Origin: Caldithrix sp.
GTDB lineage: Bacteria; Zhuqueibacterota; Zhuqueibacteria; Oceanimicrobiales; Oceanimicrobiaceae
Assembly (NCBI GenBank): GCA_004356825.1
Contig: SMXC01000166.1
Location: 1 to 61,470, forward strand
Reading direction: 5' to 3'
Length of the DNA stretch: 61,470 nt
Positions 42,658 through 52,897 of this stretch are shown here, piece after piece. Numbering within the stretch: position 1 is the first letter of the stretch; each line of letters begins with the position of its first letter. Under the pieces are notes generated by a model, which had not been told where the DNA came from, did not search any database, and was given only the letters and a program-made list of their open reading frames with translations. Position numbers and translations under genes: made by a program.

Positions 42658-42993
42658 TCAGGCCGATTCCTGAATCATCTCACTGCAGTTCCTACAAACT
42701 CTCGCTTTTCTCCGTGAATTCTTTCCTTCTTTCCCCAGGAAATTCCTTTTAATACGGGTCGGAGTATTGCATTTAGGGCAGATGACCATCACATTTGAAA
42801 CATTGACAGGCGCTTCCTTTTTGATAATACCACCCTGAGGCATTTTGTTTGAAGGGCGCATATGGCGTTTAATAAAATTAATGCCCTCAACGATGACCCT
42901 GTTTTGAGTAGCAAAAACCTTCAAAACCTTGCCCTTCTTACCGCGATATTCACCCGACAGCACTAATACTTGATCATTCCGTCTAACGTGCAT
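42658..42993 (-). CDS. rplX: 50S ribosomal protein uL24 (with C-terminal CPKC...CRNC)
   Basis: MHVRRNDQVLVLSGEYRGKKGKVLKV KOW motif. The start is set at ATG 42993. Confidence 0.93.
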   Translation of the reverse strand: MHVRRNDQVLVLSGEYRGKKGKVLKVFATQNRVIVEGINFIKRHMRPSNKMPQGGIIKKEAPVNVSNVMVICPKCNTPTRIKRNFLGKEGKNSRRKARVCRNCSEMIQESA

Positions 42994-43014
42994 CAAATTT
43001 CTCCACTGATATTT

Positions 43015-43383
43015 CTATAAAACCTCTGGTGCCAGAGAAACAATTTTCATAAATTGCCTGTCTCTAAGTTCACGGGCAACCGGCCCGAAAATCCTCGTAC
43101 CCCTTGGTTCATTTTGATCATTGATTAAAACCGCGGCATTTTCATCAAACCGGATATAAGAACCATCAGACCTGCGAATCTCTTTTTTGGTTCGCACGAT
43201 GACAGCTTTACTGACTTCACCTTTTTTTACAGCGCTGCCAGGTATTGCAGACTTTACCGAAACTATAATACAATCACCCACATGCGCATATTTTCTTTTG
43301 GTTCCTCCGGGAACCATAATGCACATGACCTTTTTAGCACCTGTGTTGTCTGCGACATTCAATCTTGTATATTGCTGAACCAT
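43015..43383 (-). CDS. rplN: 50S ribosomal protein uL14
   Basis: [17 protein letters not shown]. Confidence 0.97.
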   Translation of the reverse strand: MVQQYTRLNVADNTGAKKVMCIMVPGGTKRKYAHVGDCIIVSVKSAIPGSAVKKGEVSKAVIVRTKKEIRRSDGSYIRFDENAAVLINDQNEPRGTRIFGPVARELRDRQFMKIVSLAPEVL

Positions 43384-43406
43384 TTTCTCCTCACCAATCG
43401 GGTAGT

Positions 43407-43664
43407 TTATTTGGCTTTTTCGATTACTTCAACAAGACGCCATCTTTTCAACTTGCTTAACGGCCGGGTCTCCACGATCTTGACCGTATCTCCAACCTGA
43501 CACTGATTCTCTTCATCATGCGCCATAAACTTGGATGTCTTCCTGAAATATTTTCCATACAACGGATGTTTTATTAAACGCTCGACAGACACTACAACAC
43601 TCTTGTCCATTTTATTCGAAACGACACTGCCAATCTTTGATTTTCTACGGCCACGCTCTTCCAT
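43407..43664 (-). CDS. rpsQ: 30S ribosomal protein uS17
   Basis: [28 protein letters not shown]. Confidence 0.95.
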   Translation of the reverse strand: MEERGRRKSKIGSVVSNKMDKSVVVSVERLIKHPLYGKYFRKTSKFMAHDEENQCQVGDTVKIVETRPLSKLKRWRLVEVIEKAK

Positions 43665-43676
43665 CTGTATCCAATC

Positions 43677-43928
43677 TTATTTTGATTTTTCTTCTTTAAC
43701 CTGCTCTTTATCCATTGCCGATTCTTTCGTGGCCCGGATACCTAATTCGTACTCATGTAAGACTGTTTTTAAGCGGGCGATATCTTTTCGAACCTCGCTC
43801 AATCGCTTGGGATTATCCAATTGATGCATCGCATGTTGAAAGCGAAGATTGTACAATTCGTCCAATGAATCAGTTAACCGTAAATCGGTTTCGTCCTTTG
43901 TTAACTCTTTTACTTCTTGCATTTTCAT
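43677..43928 (-). CDS. rpmC: 50S ribosomal protein uL29
   Basis: LYNLRFQHAMHQLDNP. 83 aa with a K/E-rich tail. Confidence 0.92.
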   Translation of the reverse strand: MKMQEVKELTKDETDLRLTDSLDELYNLRFQHAMHQLDNPKRLSEVRKDIARLKTVLHEYELGIRATKESAMDKEQVKEEKSK

Positions 43929-43931
43929 CGT

Positions 43932-44351
43932 CTATTCACCAAAGTCCGTCTGACTTACAAAACGAGTGTTAAACGGTAACTTATGAGCCGCCAACCTGAG
44001 CGCCTCCTTGGCCACCTCTTCTGAGACACCACTCAACTCAAACAAAACTCTGCCTGGCTTAACTACGGCCACCCAGTATTCGGGAGAACCCTTACCCTTA
44101 CCCATCCTGGTTTCAGCAGGTTTCTTGGTTACAGGTTTATCGGGAAAAATTCGAATCCAAACCTTGCCGCCTCTTTTAATATAACGAGTCATTGCAATAC
44201 GTGCAGCTTCGATTTGCCGCGATGTAACCCACGCAGGCGCCATTGATTTCAAGCCATACTCCCCGAAAGAAATTCTGGAACCCCGAACGGCTTTGCCCTT
44301 CATCCGACCACGTTGCTGCTTACGATACTTTACCCGTTTTGGCATTAACAT
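43932..44351 (-). CDS. rplP: 50S ribosomal protein uL16
   Basis: [19 protein letters not shown]. Confidence 0.97.
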   Translation of the reverse strand: MLMPKRVKYRKQQRGRMKGKAVRGSRISFGEYGLKSMAPAWVTSRQIEAARIAMTRYIKRGGKVWIRIFPDKPVTKKPAETRMGKGKGSPEYWVAVVKPGRVLFELSGVSEEVAKEALRLAAHKLPFNTRFVSQTDFGE

Positions 44352-44363
44352 AAATTCATCTCC

Positions 44364-44993
44364 CTAACGACCTATCACTTCCCCTTTACAAATCCAAACC
44401 TTCACGCCGATCGCGCCATGAGGCGTTCTGGCCGTTAAACTAGCGTAATCGATATCAGCACGCAAAGTATGAAGAGGAATACGACCATCTCGGGCGTGTA
44501 CGCGTCTTGCCATTTCAGCCCCGCCCAACCTGCCGGCACAAGTAACCCTTACACCCTCAGCCCCCATACGCATCGTACTCATGACAGCCTTCTTCATTGC
44601 TCTTTTAAAAGGAATCTTCGCCTCCAATTGCCGAGCAACATTTTCAGCCACCAAATAGGCGTCCAATTCCGGCTTCTTAATCTCATTTACATTTAATTGA
44701 ACATCCTTTTTTGTAAGGCGTTGCAACTCTTCCTTTAATTTATCTACCTCAGAGCCTTTTCTCCCGATCACAATCCCGGGTCTCGCCGTATGAATCGACA
44801 AGGTAACCACCTGTGCTGTTCTTTCGATACCAATTTTTGAAATACCGGCGTTCTGCAATCGACTGCGAATATACTTGCGTAGCATTAAATCTTCTTCAAG
44901 TTTTGCTGCAAACCCACGCTCATCATACCAATTGGATTCCCAATCTCGAATAATTCCCAGACGTATCCCAACCGGGTGAGTTTTTTGTCCCAA
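44364..44993 (-). CDS. rpsC: 30S ribosomal protein uS3
   Basis: (M)GQKTHPVGIRLGIIRDW. TTG start. Confidence 0.97.
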   Translation of the reverse strand: MGQKTHPVGIRLGIIRDWESNWYDERGFAAKLEEDLMLRKYIRSRLQNAGISKIGIERTAQVVTLSIHTARPGIVIGRKGSEVDKLKEELQRLTKKDVQLNVNEIKKPELDAYLVAENVARQLEAKIPFKRAMKKAVMSTMRMGAEGVRVTCAGRLGGAEMARRVHARDGRIPLHTLRADIDYASLTARTPHGAIGVKVWICKGEVIGR

Positions 44994-44994
44994 G

Positions 44995-45369
44995 TTACCT
45001 CCGCTCTTTTATTTTTTCAGGTGAGTCGTCCATTGCCGCAACCACAATTGTGATGTGGCAACTGGGTCGTTTTATACGCATGGCCCGCCCCATGGAAGCT
45101 GCTCTGAATCTCTTCAACGAAAAACCCTGGTCAACATACGCCTCCTTAACCATTAAACTTTCCGGGTCGATATTGGAGGCCTCTTCACGGGTCAACATAT
45201 TAGCAACAGCAGATCTTAAAGTTTTCTCAATCGGTTGAGCGGCAGCTTTGTGAGTGTAATGCAAGACATTCAACGCTTTGTCCACTCCCACTCCGCGGAT
45301 CAAGTCAATCACTCGTCTAGCTTTTCGAGGAGACATTCTTACATATTTTGCAACTGCACGTGCTTCCAT
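44995..45369 (-). CDS. rplV: 50S ribosomal protein uL22
   Basis: MEARAVAKYVRMSPRKARRVIDLIRG. The start is moved to ATG 45369, because the track ORF extends upstream into rpsS. Confidence 0.93.
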   Translation of the reverse strand: MEARAVAKYVRMSPRKARRVIDLIRGVGVDKALNVLHYTHKAAAQPIEKTLRSAVANMLTREEASNIDPESLMVKEAYVDQGFSLKRFRAASMGRAMRIKRPSCHITIVVAAMDDSPEKIKERR

Positions 45370-45376
45370 ACTTTGC

Positions 45377-45664
45377 CTACCTAATTTTCGATGACCGTTC
45401 AGCAGATCTTCCGCCATGCCCCCTGAACGTGCGGGTCGGCGAAAACTCACCGAGCTTATGACCTACCATATTTTCAGAAATAAATACCGGGATAAACTTA
45501 TTGCCATTATGAATCGCTATGGTGTGCCCTACAAATTCCGGCGTAATCGTTGAGCGTCTAGCCCAAGTCTTGATCACCTTTTTCTGATTTGATTTATTCA
45601 TAAGCTGAATACGCTTTTGAAGCTTCTCGTCAATATAAGGACCTTTTTTTACTGAGCGCGGCAT
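45377..45664 (-). CDS. rpsS: 30S ribosomal protein uS19
   Basis: [15 protein letters not shown]. Confidence 0.97.
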   Translation of the reverse strand: MPRSVKKGPYIDEKLQKRIQLMNKSNQKKVIKTWARRSTITPEFVGHTIAIHNGNKFIPVFISENMVGHKLGEFSPTRTFRGHGGRSAERSSKIR

Positions 45665-45673
45665 ATTCTTAAC

Positions 45674-46501
45674 CTACTTTTTCTTTCGTTTTGTAACGAT
45701 ATAATCATCAGATTTCTTTTTTTTGCGAGTCTTTCCACCCTTGGCAGGTTTCCCCCATGGTGAACACGGATGCCTGCCACCCGAACTTTTTCCTTCACCG
45801 CCTCCCATCGGGTGATCAACCGGATTCATCGCCACACCTCTAACATGAGGTCTCCTTCCCAACCATCGAGACCTGCCCGCCTTACCAATAGAAATGTTTT
45901 CATGATCAACGTTCCCGACTTGGCCGATCGTCGCCCGACACTCCTGCCTGACCATCCTAACTTCACCGGAAGGTAGTTTCAACTGGGCATACGAACCCTC
46001 TTTTGCAACCAACTGCGCATACGTTCCAGCACCCCGAGCCAACTGTCCGCCCTTGCCGGCGATCATCTCAATATTATGCACCAGAGTTCCCAATGGGATA
46101 TTCTTCAAAGACAAAGAGTTACCGACTCGAATCTCAGCTTTGTCACCGGACATCAACTCATCGCCGACCTTCAAACCCAAAGAGGCAACGATATAACGTT
46201 TTTCACCATCCCGGTAGTTTAATAGCGCAATATTTGACGACCTATTCGGATCGTACTCAATCGAGGCGACCACAGCAGGTATGCCATCCTTTGTCCGCTT
46301 GAAATCAATAATTCTATAAGCGCGTTTATGCCCGCCACCACGAAACCTCAATGTCACGTGCCCGTGGTTATTGCGACCACCTGTTTTACGAATAGGCCGC
46401 AAAAGAGATTTCTCAGGTTTGCTCTGTGTAATCTCCTCAAAATCAAGGACAGAACGTTGCCTAAGTCCCGGTGTTGTCGGTTTATAAGTTTTAATTCCCA
46501 T
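45674..46501 (-). CDS. rplB: 50S ribosomal protein uL2
   Basis: [12 protein letters not shown] and [13 protein letters not shown]. Confidence 0.97.
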   Translation of the reverse strand: MGIKTYKPTTPGLRQRSVLDFEEITQSKPEKSLLRPIRKTGGRNNHGHVTLRFRGGGHKRAYRIIDFKRTKDGIPAVVASIEYDPNRSSNIALLNYRDGEKRYIVASLGLKVGDELMSGDKAEIRVGNSLSLKNIPLGTLVHNIEMIAGKGGQLARGAGTYAQLVAKEGSYAQLKLPSGEVRMVRQECRATIGQVGNVDHENISIGKAGRSRWLGRRPHVRGVAMNPVDHPMGGGEGKSSGGRHPCSPWGKPAKGGKTRKKKKSDDYIVTKRKKK

Positions 46502-46513
46502 TTGCGACGACCC

Positions 46514-46816
46514 TTACTGCTCCTGAAATAAATCTATTTTGTAACCCTCTTTCAAGGTAACAATGGCCTTTTTCCAATCGGACCGCTTGCCATGAGTCAG
46601 TCCCTGGCGACTATTCATTCGCTTCATTTTGCCCTTCACGTTCAAAGTGTGAACTTTCTCCACCAAAACACTAAACTTGCCTTCGATAGCTTTTTTTATT
46701 TCAATTTTGTTGGCTTCAGAAACCACATGAAATCCGTACTTCTGAGCGTCTTCTTGCATTTGAAGCATCTTTTCGGTTAGAACGGGCTTAATCAAAATCG
46801 CGTCGAGAGATTTCAT
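46514..46816 (-). CDS. rplW: 50S ribosomal protein uL23
   Basis: 100 aa, ILIKPVLTEK. Position in the S10 operon supports the call. Confidence 0.93.
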   Translation of the reverse strand: MKSLDAILIKPVLTEKMLQMQEDAQKYGFHVVSEANKIEIKKAIEGKFSVLVEKVHTLNVKGKMKRMNSRQGLTHGKRSDWKKAIVTLKEGYKIDLFQEQ

Positions 46817-47442
46817 TCTTTTGTTGCTCCTGCAAGTTTATCCACCGCGCTTTGCTGAATAAGAACTATGTCACAGTTCAACAAATCATAAGTCGACTCG
46901 GTTCTCGCAACCCTAATTTCTAATTTTGGAATATTCCTACCAGCTAATAAAACATCTGCATCATAATTAGACAAAAGCAGCAAGATTTTCTGCTTATCCA
47001 AACCCAGAGACTTCAGAATTGAGAAGACTTGCTTGGTTTTGGGCTGCTTCAACTTAAAATCTTCGATTATCTTAATTTTATCATTTTTTGCCTTGTCTGA
47101 AAAAGCGGACTTCCGAGCCAGAGATTTCACTTTCCCGGGAAGCTTCATACGATAATCACGAGGATGGGGTCCAAAAGCCCGACCTCCGCCAACCCACAAT
47201 GGGGACCGAATCGTCCCCGCTCGCGCTGCACCGCGACCCTTCTGCTTAAAGGGCTTCCTCCCACCACCACTTACCATGCTTCGCGTCTTTGTTGAGGCAG
47301 TACCTTGCCTGGCATTTGCGTTTTGAGCCTTGACGGTTAGATAGACGGCATTCTCATTCGGGTCAACACCAAAAATATCATCAGGAAGCTTTACCTTTGC
47401 TCCCGAAGAATCACCATTTTGCTTTAAGACTTCCAGTTCCAT
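46813..47442 (-). CDS. rplD: 50S ribosomal protein uL4
   Basis: MELEVLKQNG...KTRSMVSGGGRKPFKQKGRGAARAG. The start is set at ATG 47442. Confidence 0.93.
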   Translation of the reverse strand: MELEVLKQNGDSSGAKVKLPDDIFGVDPNENAVYLTVKAQNANARQGTASTKTRSMVSGGGRKPFKQKGRGAARAGTIRSPLWVGGGRAFGPHPRDYRMKLPGKVKSLARKSAFSDKAKNDKIKIIEDFKLKQPKTKQVFSILKSLGLDKQKILLLLSNYDADVLLAGRNIPKLEIRVARTESTYDLLNCDIVLIQQSAVDKLAGATKE

Positions 47443-47451
47443 ATCCAAAAC

Positions 47452-48072
47452 TCACTTCCTAATTAACAGCAACCCGCTATTCGGGCCAGGCACAGGACCC
47501 TTAATCATGAGAATATTTTTCTCAACGTCAATCTTGATAATTTTTTTCTTTTTTAAAGTAACCTTTCGATTACCCATTCGACCCCCCATCCGAACCCCCT
47601 TAAAAACACGCGCAGGATACGCCGATTGGCCAATAGAACCTGGCGCCCGAAGGCGATCGCTCTGCCCATGAGTTTTTGGCCCACCCTTGAATCCGTGCCT
47701 TTTTACAACACCCTGAAACCCCTTGCCCTTCGAAAACCCGGTAACCATAACACCCTCCCCTTCCTCAAAAATTTCAACCGTAACGCTATCCCCAAGCTTC
47801 AATTTATTGGTCTCAGCAAAACCCTTGACTTCCTTCACCACTTTTTTAGGCTTAACGCCTGCTTTCGCAAAATGCTTCAGCTCGGCTTTTGAAGTGTTCT
47901 TCTCTTTCTTGTCCAGAAAACCGATTTGAACCGCATCATATCCATCCGTTTTCTCGGTTTTTATTTGGGTCACCGAACACGGCCCAGCGACGACAACGGT
48001 AACGGGAACCGATTTGCCGGCATCATCAAATACCCTCGTCATGCCAATTTTTCTACCGATTATTCCAACCAT
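47452..48072 (-). CDS. rplC: 50S ribosomal protein uL3
   Basis: MVGIIGRKIGMTRVF. Confidence 0.97.
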   Translation of the reverse strand: MVGIIGRKIGMTRVFDDAGKSVPVTVVVAGPCSVTQIKTEKTDGYDAVQIGFLDKKEKNTSKAELKHFAKAGVKPKKVVKEVKGFAETNKLKLGDSVTVEIFEEGEGVMVTGFSKGKGFQGVVKRHGFKGGPKTHGQSDRLRAPGSIGQSAYPARVFKGVRMGGRMGNRKVTLKKKKIIKIDVEKNILMIKGPVPGPNSGLLLIRK

Positions 48073-48098
48073 GCTTATTTAAATATCCTTAAATTTCG

Positions 48099-48407
48099 TC
48101 AAACCTTGATCTCAACATCAACGCCTGCGGGGAGCTCTAATTTCATCAATGCATCAACTGTCTTGGGCGTGGAATTTAGAATATCTATCAAACGCTTGTG
48201 AATACGAGTCTCAAATTGCTCTCTGGATTTCTTGTCGACATGAGGCGAGCGAAGCACGGTATAAAGAGAACGTTTTATGGGCAAAGGCACGGGGCCCGAG
48301 ATTGCAGCGCCTGTGGCCTTAGCGGTCTTGATTATCTTATCTGTAGACTTGTCGATCAATCTATGATCGTAGGCTTTTAACTTTATCCTGATTTTTTGAC
48401 CAACCAC
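48099..48407 (-). CDS. rpsJ: 30S ribosomal protein uS10
   Basis: [19 protein letters not shown] start. Confidence 0.97.
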   Translation of the reverse strand: MVGQKIRIKLKAYDHRLIDKSTDKIIKTAKATGAAISGPVPLPIKRSLYTVLRSPHVDKKSREQFETRIHKRLIDILNSTPKTVDALMKLELPAGVDVEIKV

Positions 48408-48440
48408 TTAAATTCGCTCCATTTAATTGTTATTCACTTC

Positions 48441-49631
48441 TTACTCAACGATGTCGGCAACAACTCCGGCACCCACTGTTCGGCCACCTTCACGAATGGC
48501 GAAACGGAGTCCCTTCTCCATAGCAATCGGTGAAATCAACTCGACCTCCACATTCACGTTATCACCAGGCATCACCATTTCAACGCCTTCGTCTAAACTA
48601 AGAATCCCGGTCACATCCGTAGTTCTGAAATAGAATTGCGGACGATAGCCAGGGAAAAATGGTGTGTGACGTCCACCCTCTTCTTTTTTTAGTACGTAGA
48701 TCTCGCCCTTAAACTTGGTATGCGGCGTAATCGAACCCGGCGCCGCGACAACCATACCTCTGTCAAGCTGTTCTTTATCGACACCCCGAAGCAGTAAACC
48801 AACATTATCGCCGGCCTCACCGTAATCCAATAATTTGCGAAACATCTCTACACCGGTCACAACGCTCTTAATTTTAGCACCCAGGCCTACGATTTCAACG
48901 TCATCGCCAGTCTTAATTTTACCCCGGTCGATCCTGCCGGTACCAACCGTCCCCCGGCCAGTAATACTAAACACATCTTCTACCGGCATAAGGAAAGGCT
49001 TGTCAATTTCGCGAGTTGGGGTTGGAATATAATCATCAACAGCCTGCATCAGCTCCAAAATTGACGCAGTTTTCGTTTCATCATCAGGACTCGTTAACGC
49101 CTCAAGAGCGCTGCCTTTGATAATCGGAATGTCGTCGCCGGGAAATTCATACTGGCTAAGCAATTCCCGTAATTCAAGCTCTACTAATTCAAGTAATTCA
49201 GGGTCATCCACCTGGTCAACTTTATTTAAAAATACAACGATGTAGGGGACACCAACCTGGCGAGCAAGCAAGATATGCTCACGTGTTTGCGGCATCGGAC
49301 CGTCAGCAGCGCTAACCACAAGAATAGCGCCATCCATTTGAGCCGCACCGGTAATCATATTTTTAACGTAATCGGCATGACCGGGACAGTCGACATGAGC
49401 ATAGTGACGACTTTCCGTTTCATACTCAACGTGCGCGGTTGCAATGGTTATCCCTCGAGCCTTTTCCTCAGGAGCATTGTCGATTGCATCAAACGCTAGG
49501 TAGTCCGCTAAACCTTTTTTATTCAAAGTCAAAGTAATCGCAGATGTCAACGTCGTCTTACCATGATCAACATGTCCAATTGTACCCACATTAACGTGTG
49601 GTTTAGTTCGTTCAAATTTCTGTTTGGCCAT
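48441..49631 (-). CDS. tuf: Elongation factor Tu
   Basis: [17 protein letters not shown] and NKVD. 396 aa. Confidence 0.98.
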   Translation of the reverse strand: MAKQKFERTKPHVNVGTIGHVDHGKTTLTSAITLTLNKKGLADYLAFDAIDNAPEEKARGITIATAHVEYETESRHYAHVDCPGHADYVKNMITGAAQMDGAILVVSAADGPMPQTREHILLARQVGVPYIVVFLNKVDQVDDPELLELVELELRELLSQYEFPGDDIPIIKGSALEALTSPDDETKTASILELMQAVDDYIPTPTREIDKPFLMPVEDVFSITGRGTVGTGRIDRGKIKTGDDVEIVGLGAKIKSVVTGVEMFRKLLDYGEAGDNVGLLLRGVDKEQLDRGMVVAAPGSITPHTKFKGEIYVLKKEEGGRHTPFFPGYRPQFYFRTTDVTGILSLDEGVEMVMPGDNVNVEVELISPIAMEKGLRFAIREGGRTVGAGVVADIVE

Positions 49632-49709
49632 GATCTTACCTCCAGATTTGTCTAATTCTCACTACTCGATAAAATTTAAACTTCAGACTTAATTTGATAA
49701 GCTCTATCA

Positions 49710-51791
49710 TTAGGTCGCATTTACACTTTCTACCACTTTCTCAGAAATCGCCTTCGGCGCTATATCATACTTCGCAAACTGTAGCGTAAAAATAGCCCGT
49801 CCTTGTGTTAATGACCGTAAACTGGTTGCATAGCCGAACATCTCACTCAAAGGCGCCGATGCCGATATAACCTGAGCATCTTTACGAGGAAAGATACCGC
49901 GGATTTTGCCGCGGCGGCCATTCAAATCCCCCATCACTTCGCCCATGTAGTCTTCAGGCACGACAACCTCAACATCCATAATCGGTTCCATCAGAACCGG
50001 GCCAGCTTTAGAAACAGCATTCTTCAAAGCCATAGACCCCGCAACCTTGAATGCCATTTCAGAAGAATCAACATCGTGATAGGAGCCATCCAACAACGTG
50101 GCTTTTACATTCACCAGCGGATAACCCGCGACAACACCGTTCGTCAGCGCTCCCTTAATACCCTGCTCAACAGCGCGTATATACTCTCTCGGAATAGTGC
50201 CACCAACAATCTTATCAATAAATTCAAATTCAACACCCGGTTCAGCAGGCTCAACCTCAATAACAACGTGCCCATACTGCCCCCTGCCACCACTTTGACG
50301 TATAAACTTGCCTTCCGCTTGAATCTTTTTTGTTATAGCTTCCTTGTACGCGACTTGAGGCCTGCCAACATTTGCACCAACCTTGAACTCACGCAACAAA
50401 CGATCAACCAATATCTCAAGATGCAACTCACCCATCCCATAAATCACGGTCTGGTTCGTTTCTTCATCGGTTTTTATTTTGAAGGTCGGATCCTCTTCAG
50501 CCAATTTACCCAAAGATATTCCGAGCTTCTCCTGATCAGCCTTCGTTTTCGGCTCAATCGCAACGGCAATAACCGGCTCCGGGAAGTTCATAGACTCAAG
50601 GACAATCGGACTGCCTTCAACAGCTAGCGTATCACCGGTTTTAGTATATTTAAACCCAACCGCAGCAACAATACCTCCGGTCTGCACCTCTTTAATATCC
50701 TCTCTCTTATTTGCGCTCATCAACAGAATCCGCGCCAACCGCTCCCGCTTCTTCGCGGTTACGTTGTAAACGTACGATCCCGCCTGAATCGTACCCGAAT
50801 AAACCCGAAAATAGGTAAGCCTGCCAACGTGGGGATCCGTCATAATCTTAAAGGCAAGAGCGGAGAAAGGTTCATCATTGGCTGGTTTTCTGGAAATTTC
50901 TTTTTCTGTTTTAGGATGGTATCCGATAATCTCGGGGGTATCCACCGGCGAAGGTAAATAGCTCAGAACAGCATCCAATAACCTCTGAATACCCTTGTTT
51001 TTAAAGGCAGAGCCCAACAAGACCGGAGTGATACTACAGTCAATAGTTGCCTTTCGGATAGCCCGCATAATATCCTTCTCTTCAATCTCATGACCTTCCA
51101 AGTATTTTTCTAAAAGCGTATCATCATATTCGGAAACTGATTCCAGCAGAATCGTTCTATACTCAGCCGCCTTTTCTTCCAAATCGTGTGGAATATCCAT
51201 TTCTTCCCAGGAGGAACCCAAACTGGCATCATCATACACAACCGCCTTCATCCGAATCAAGTCAATTAACCCGACAAACATGTCTCCTTCGCCGATTGGG
51301 ATTTGAACCGGCACCACATTCGCACCCAGCCTATCTTTAATCATCGCCATTGCGCCAAAAAAATCAGCGCCAACGCGATCCATTTTATTAACAAAAGCAA
51401 TTCGCGGCACCTGGTACTTATCAGCTTGACGCCAAACCGTTTCAGATTGAGGCTCAACACCACCTACCGCACAAAATAATGCAATTGCGCCATCCAAAAC
51501 CCGCAAAGACCTTTCCACTTCTACAGTAAAATCAACATGGCCGGGTGTATCAATAATATTAATACGATGATTTTTCCACAGACATGTGACAGCGGCAGAT
51601 GTAATTGTAATTCCGCGCTCCCTTTCCTGCTCCATCCAATCCATCGTTGAAGCACCATCATGGACTTCACCCATTCGGTGAATTTCACCAGCGTAAAACA
51701 GAATACGCTCAGTCGTGGTAGTCTTACCCGCATCAATGTGGGCCATGATACCAATATTACGAATCTTATCGAGCGATACTTCTTTTAACAT
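49710..51791 (-). CDS. fusA: Elongation factor G
   Basis: [17 protein letters not shown] and NKMD. 693 aa. Confidence 0.98.
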   Translation of the reverse strand: MLKEVSLDKIRNIGIMAHIDAGKTTTTERILFYAGEIHRMGEVHDGASTMDWMEQERERGITITSAAVTCLWKNHRINIIDTPGHVDFTVEVERSLRVLDGAIALFCAVGGVEPQSETVWRQADKYQVPRIAFVNKMDRVGADFFGAMAMIKDRLGANVVPVQIPIGEGDMFVGLIDLIRMKAVVYDDASLGSSWEEMDIPHDLEEKAAEYRTILLESVSEYDDTLLEKYLEGHEIEEKDIMRAIRKATIDCSITPVLLGSAFKNKGIQRLLDAVLSYLPSPVDTPEIIGYHPKTEKEISRKPANDEPFSALAFKIMTDPHVGRLTYFRVYSGTIQAGSYVYNVTAKKRERLARILLMSANKREDIKEVQTGGIVAAVGFKYTKTGDTLAVEGSPIVLESMNFPEPVIAVAIEPKTKADQEKLGISLGKLAEEDPTFKIKTDEETNQTVIYGMGELHLEILVDRLLREFKVGANVGRPQVAYKEAITKKIQAEGKFIRQSGGRGQYGHVVIEVEPAEPGVEFEFIDKIVGGTIPREYIRAVEQGIKGALTNGVVAGYPLVNVKATLLDGSYHDVDSSEMAFKVAGSMALKNAVSKAGPVLMEPIMDVEVVVPEDYMGEVMGDLNGRRGKIRGIFPRKDAQVISASAPLSEMFGYATSLRSLTQGRAIFTLQFAKYDIAPKAISEKVVESVNAT

Positions 51792-51849
51792 AAAAACAAA
51801 ACTCCCGATTAACTAAAATCAAACCAAGCGTAACCATTCCACAATTACA

Positions 51850-51887
51850 TGAAAAAGGGAAGTGCAAATATAAAATTTGCTTCCCTT
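51850..51887 (-). terminator. Strong hairpin plus T run between rpsG and fusA (intra-operon terminator or attenuator candidate)
   Basis: The minus strand reads AAGGGAAG-CAAAT-tttat-ATTTG-ca-CTTCCCTT followed by TTTT (8 bp plus 5 bp with a 2-nt bulge). It lies about 52 nt after the rpsG stop and about 60 nt before the fusA ATG. Confidence 0.5.
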
Positions 51888-51939
51888 AAAACTAATAATT
51901 TTAAAAACTTAACGTAATTTTTTTGTATTTATTCCTTTC

Positions 51940-52410
51940 CTACCACCGAAAGTGGGCAAAAGCTTTATTAGCCTCAGCCATCTTGTGGGTATCTTCCCTT
52001 TTTTTCATTGAATTCCCCTCCTTATTCGAAGCAGCTATCAATTCATCTGCCAGCTTTTCAGCCATCGACTTTCCCGGTCGCGTTTTCGCAAATCCAATAA
52101 TCCACCTCAACGCCAACGCTTGCTTGCGATTCAAACGAACCTCAACCGGTATTTGATAGGTTGCACCACCAACCCTGCGAGAACGAACCTCAAGAATCGG
52201 CTTGACATTTTCAATAGCCTTTTCAAAAACCTCTAGGCCGCTTTTCTTCGTTTTACTTTCGACACTATTCAAAGCTGAATAAAATATTTTTTCAGCAACG
52301 CTTTTCTTGCCGCGTTGCATCAAACTATTTATAAACTTAGTCACCAAAACACTCTTATATTTCGGATCGGGTGAAACCGTTCTTTGTTCAGCGCTTTTTC
52401 TTCTTGACAT
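51940..52410 (-). CDS. rpsG: 30S ribosomal protein uS7
   Basis: [18 protein letters not shown]. Confidence 0.97.
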   Translation of the reverse strand: MSRRKSAEQRTVSPDPKYKSVLVTKFINSLMQRGKKSVAEKIFYSALNSVESKTKKSGLEVFEKAIENVKPILEVRSRRVGGATYQIPVEVRLNRKQALALRWIIGFAKTRPGKSMAEKLADELIAASNKEGNSMKKREDTHKMAEANKAFAHFRW

Positions 52411-52432
52411 AATTATTGTAAAAAAAACCTAC

Positions 52433-52807
52433 CTAAGATCCTTTTCTCTTGGTGCCATATTTGGAACGAGATTGATTACGATCCTGGACACCGCTCGTAT
52501 CGTACACACCACGAACAATATGATACCTTACTCCCGGTAAATCCTTAACCCGACCACCTCTGATCAATACAATTGAGTGCTCCTGCAAATTGTGCCCCTC
52601 GCCGGGAATATAGGCAGTCACCTCGAAGCCGTTGGTCAATCTTACCCTGGCTACTTTCCTCAAGGCAGAATTAGGCTTTTTTGGTGTCGTTGTATAAACT
52701 CTCGTGCAGACACCTCGCCGCTGAGGAGAACCCATCAACGCCGGTGCAGTAGTTTTCTTAGTAACTTTTTTGCGACCAGCTTTGATTAATTGATTAATTG
52801 TTGGCAA
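52433..52807 (-). CDS. rpsL: 30S ribosomal protein uS12
   Basis: (M)[13 protein letters not shown]...[13 protein letters not shown] start. Confidence 0.97.
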   Translation of the reverse strand: MPTINQLIKAGRKKVTKKTTAPALMGSPQRRGVCTRVYTTTPKKPNSALRKVARVRLTNGFEVTAYIPGEGHNLQEHSIVLIRGGRVKDLPGVRYHIVRGVYDTSGVQDRNQSRSKYGTKRKGS

Positions 52808-52897
52808 TAGAAATCCCTTACATTACAGATTAATAATATATATATTAATTTCAATAAAAGCAAACAAATTTTTGATTTGCTTTAGATAATTCTTGTC

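Noticed and set aside
45370-45450. Apparent 74-nt overlap of the rplV ORF with rpsS
   Set aside because: This is an artefact of an in-frame upstream extension. The conserved uL22 N-terminus begins at ATG 45369, 7 nt after the rpsS stop.
50076-50627. 183-aa plus-strand ORF in fusA, and similar ORFs at 58128-58643 and 57236-57742 in rpoB and 55157-55591 in rpoC
   Set aside because: These are antisense shadows of very highly conserved genes and show no independent coding signal.
52853-52883. Possible terminator after rpoC (aaagcaaa/tttgcttt) followed by a TTGAAA-16-TAATCT promoter for rpsL
   Set aside because: The stem has only two G:C pairs and the T tract is interrupted. The promoter hexamers are weak, so this is plausible but unsupported.
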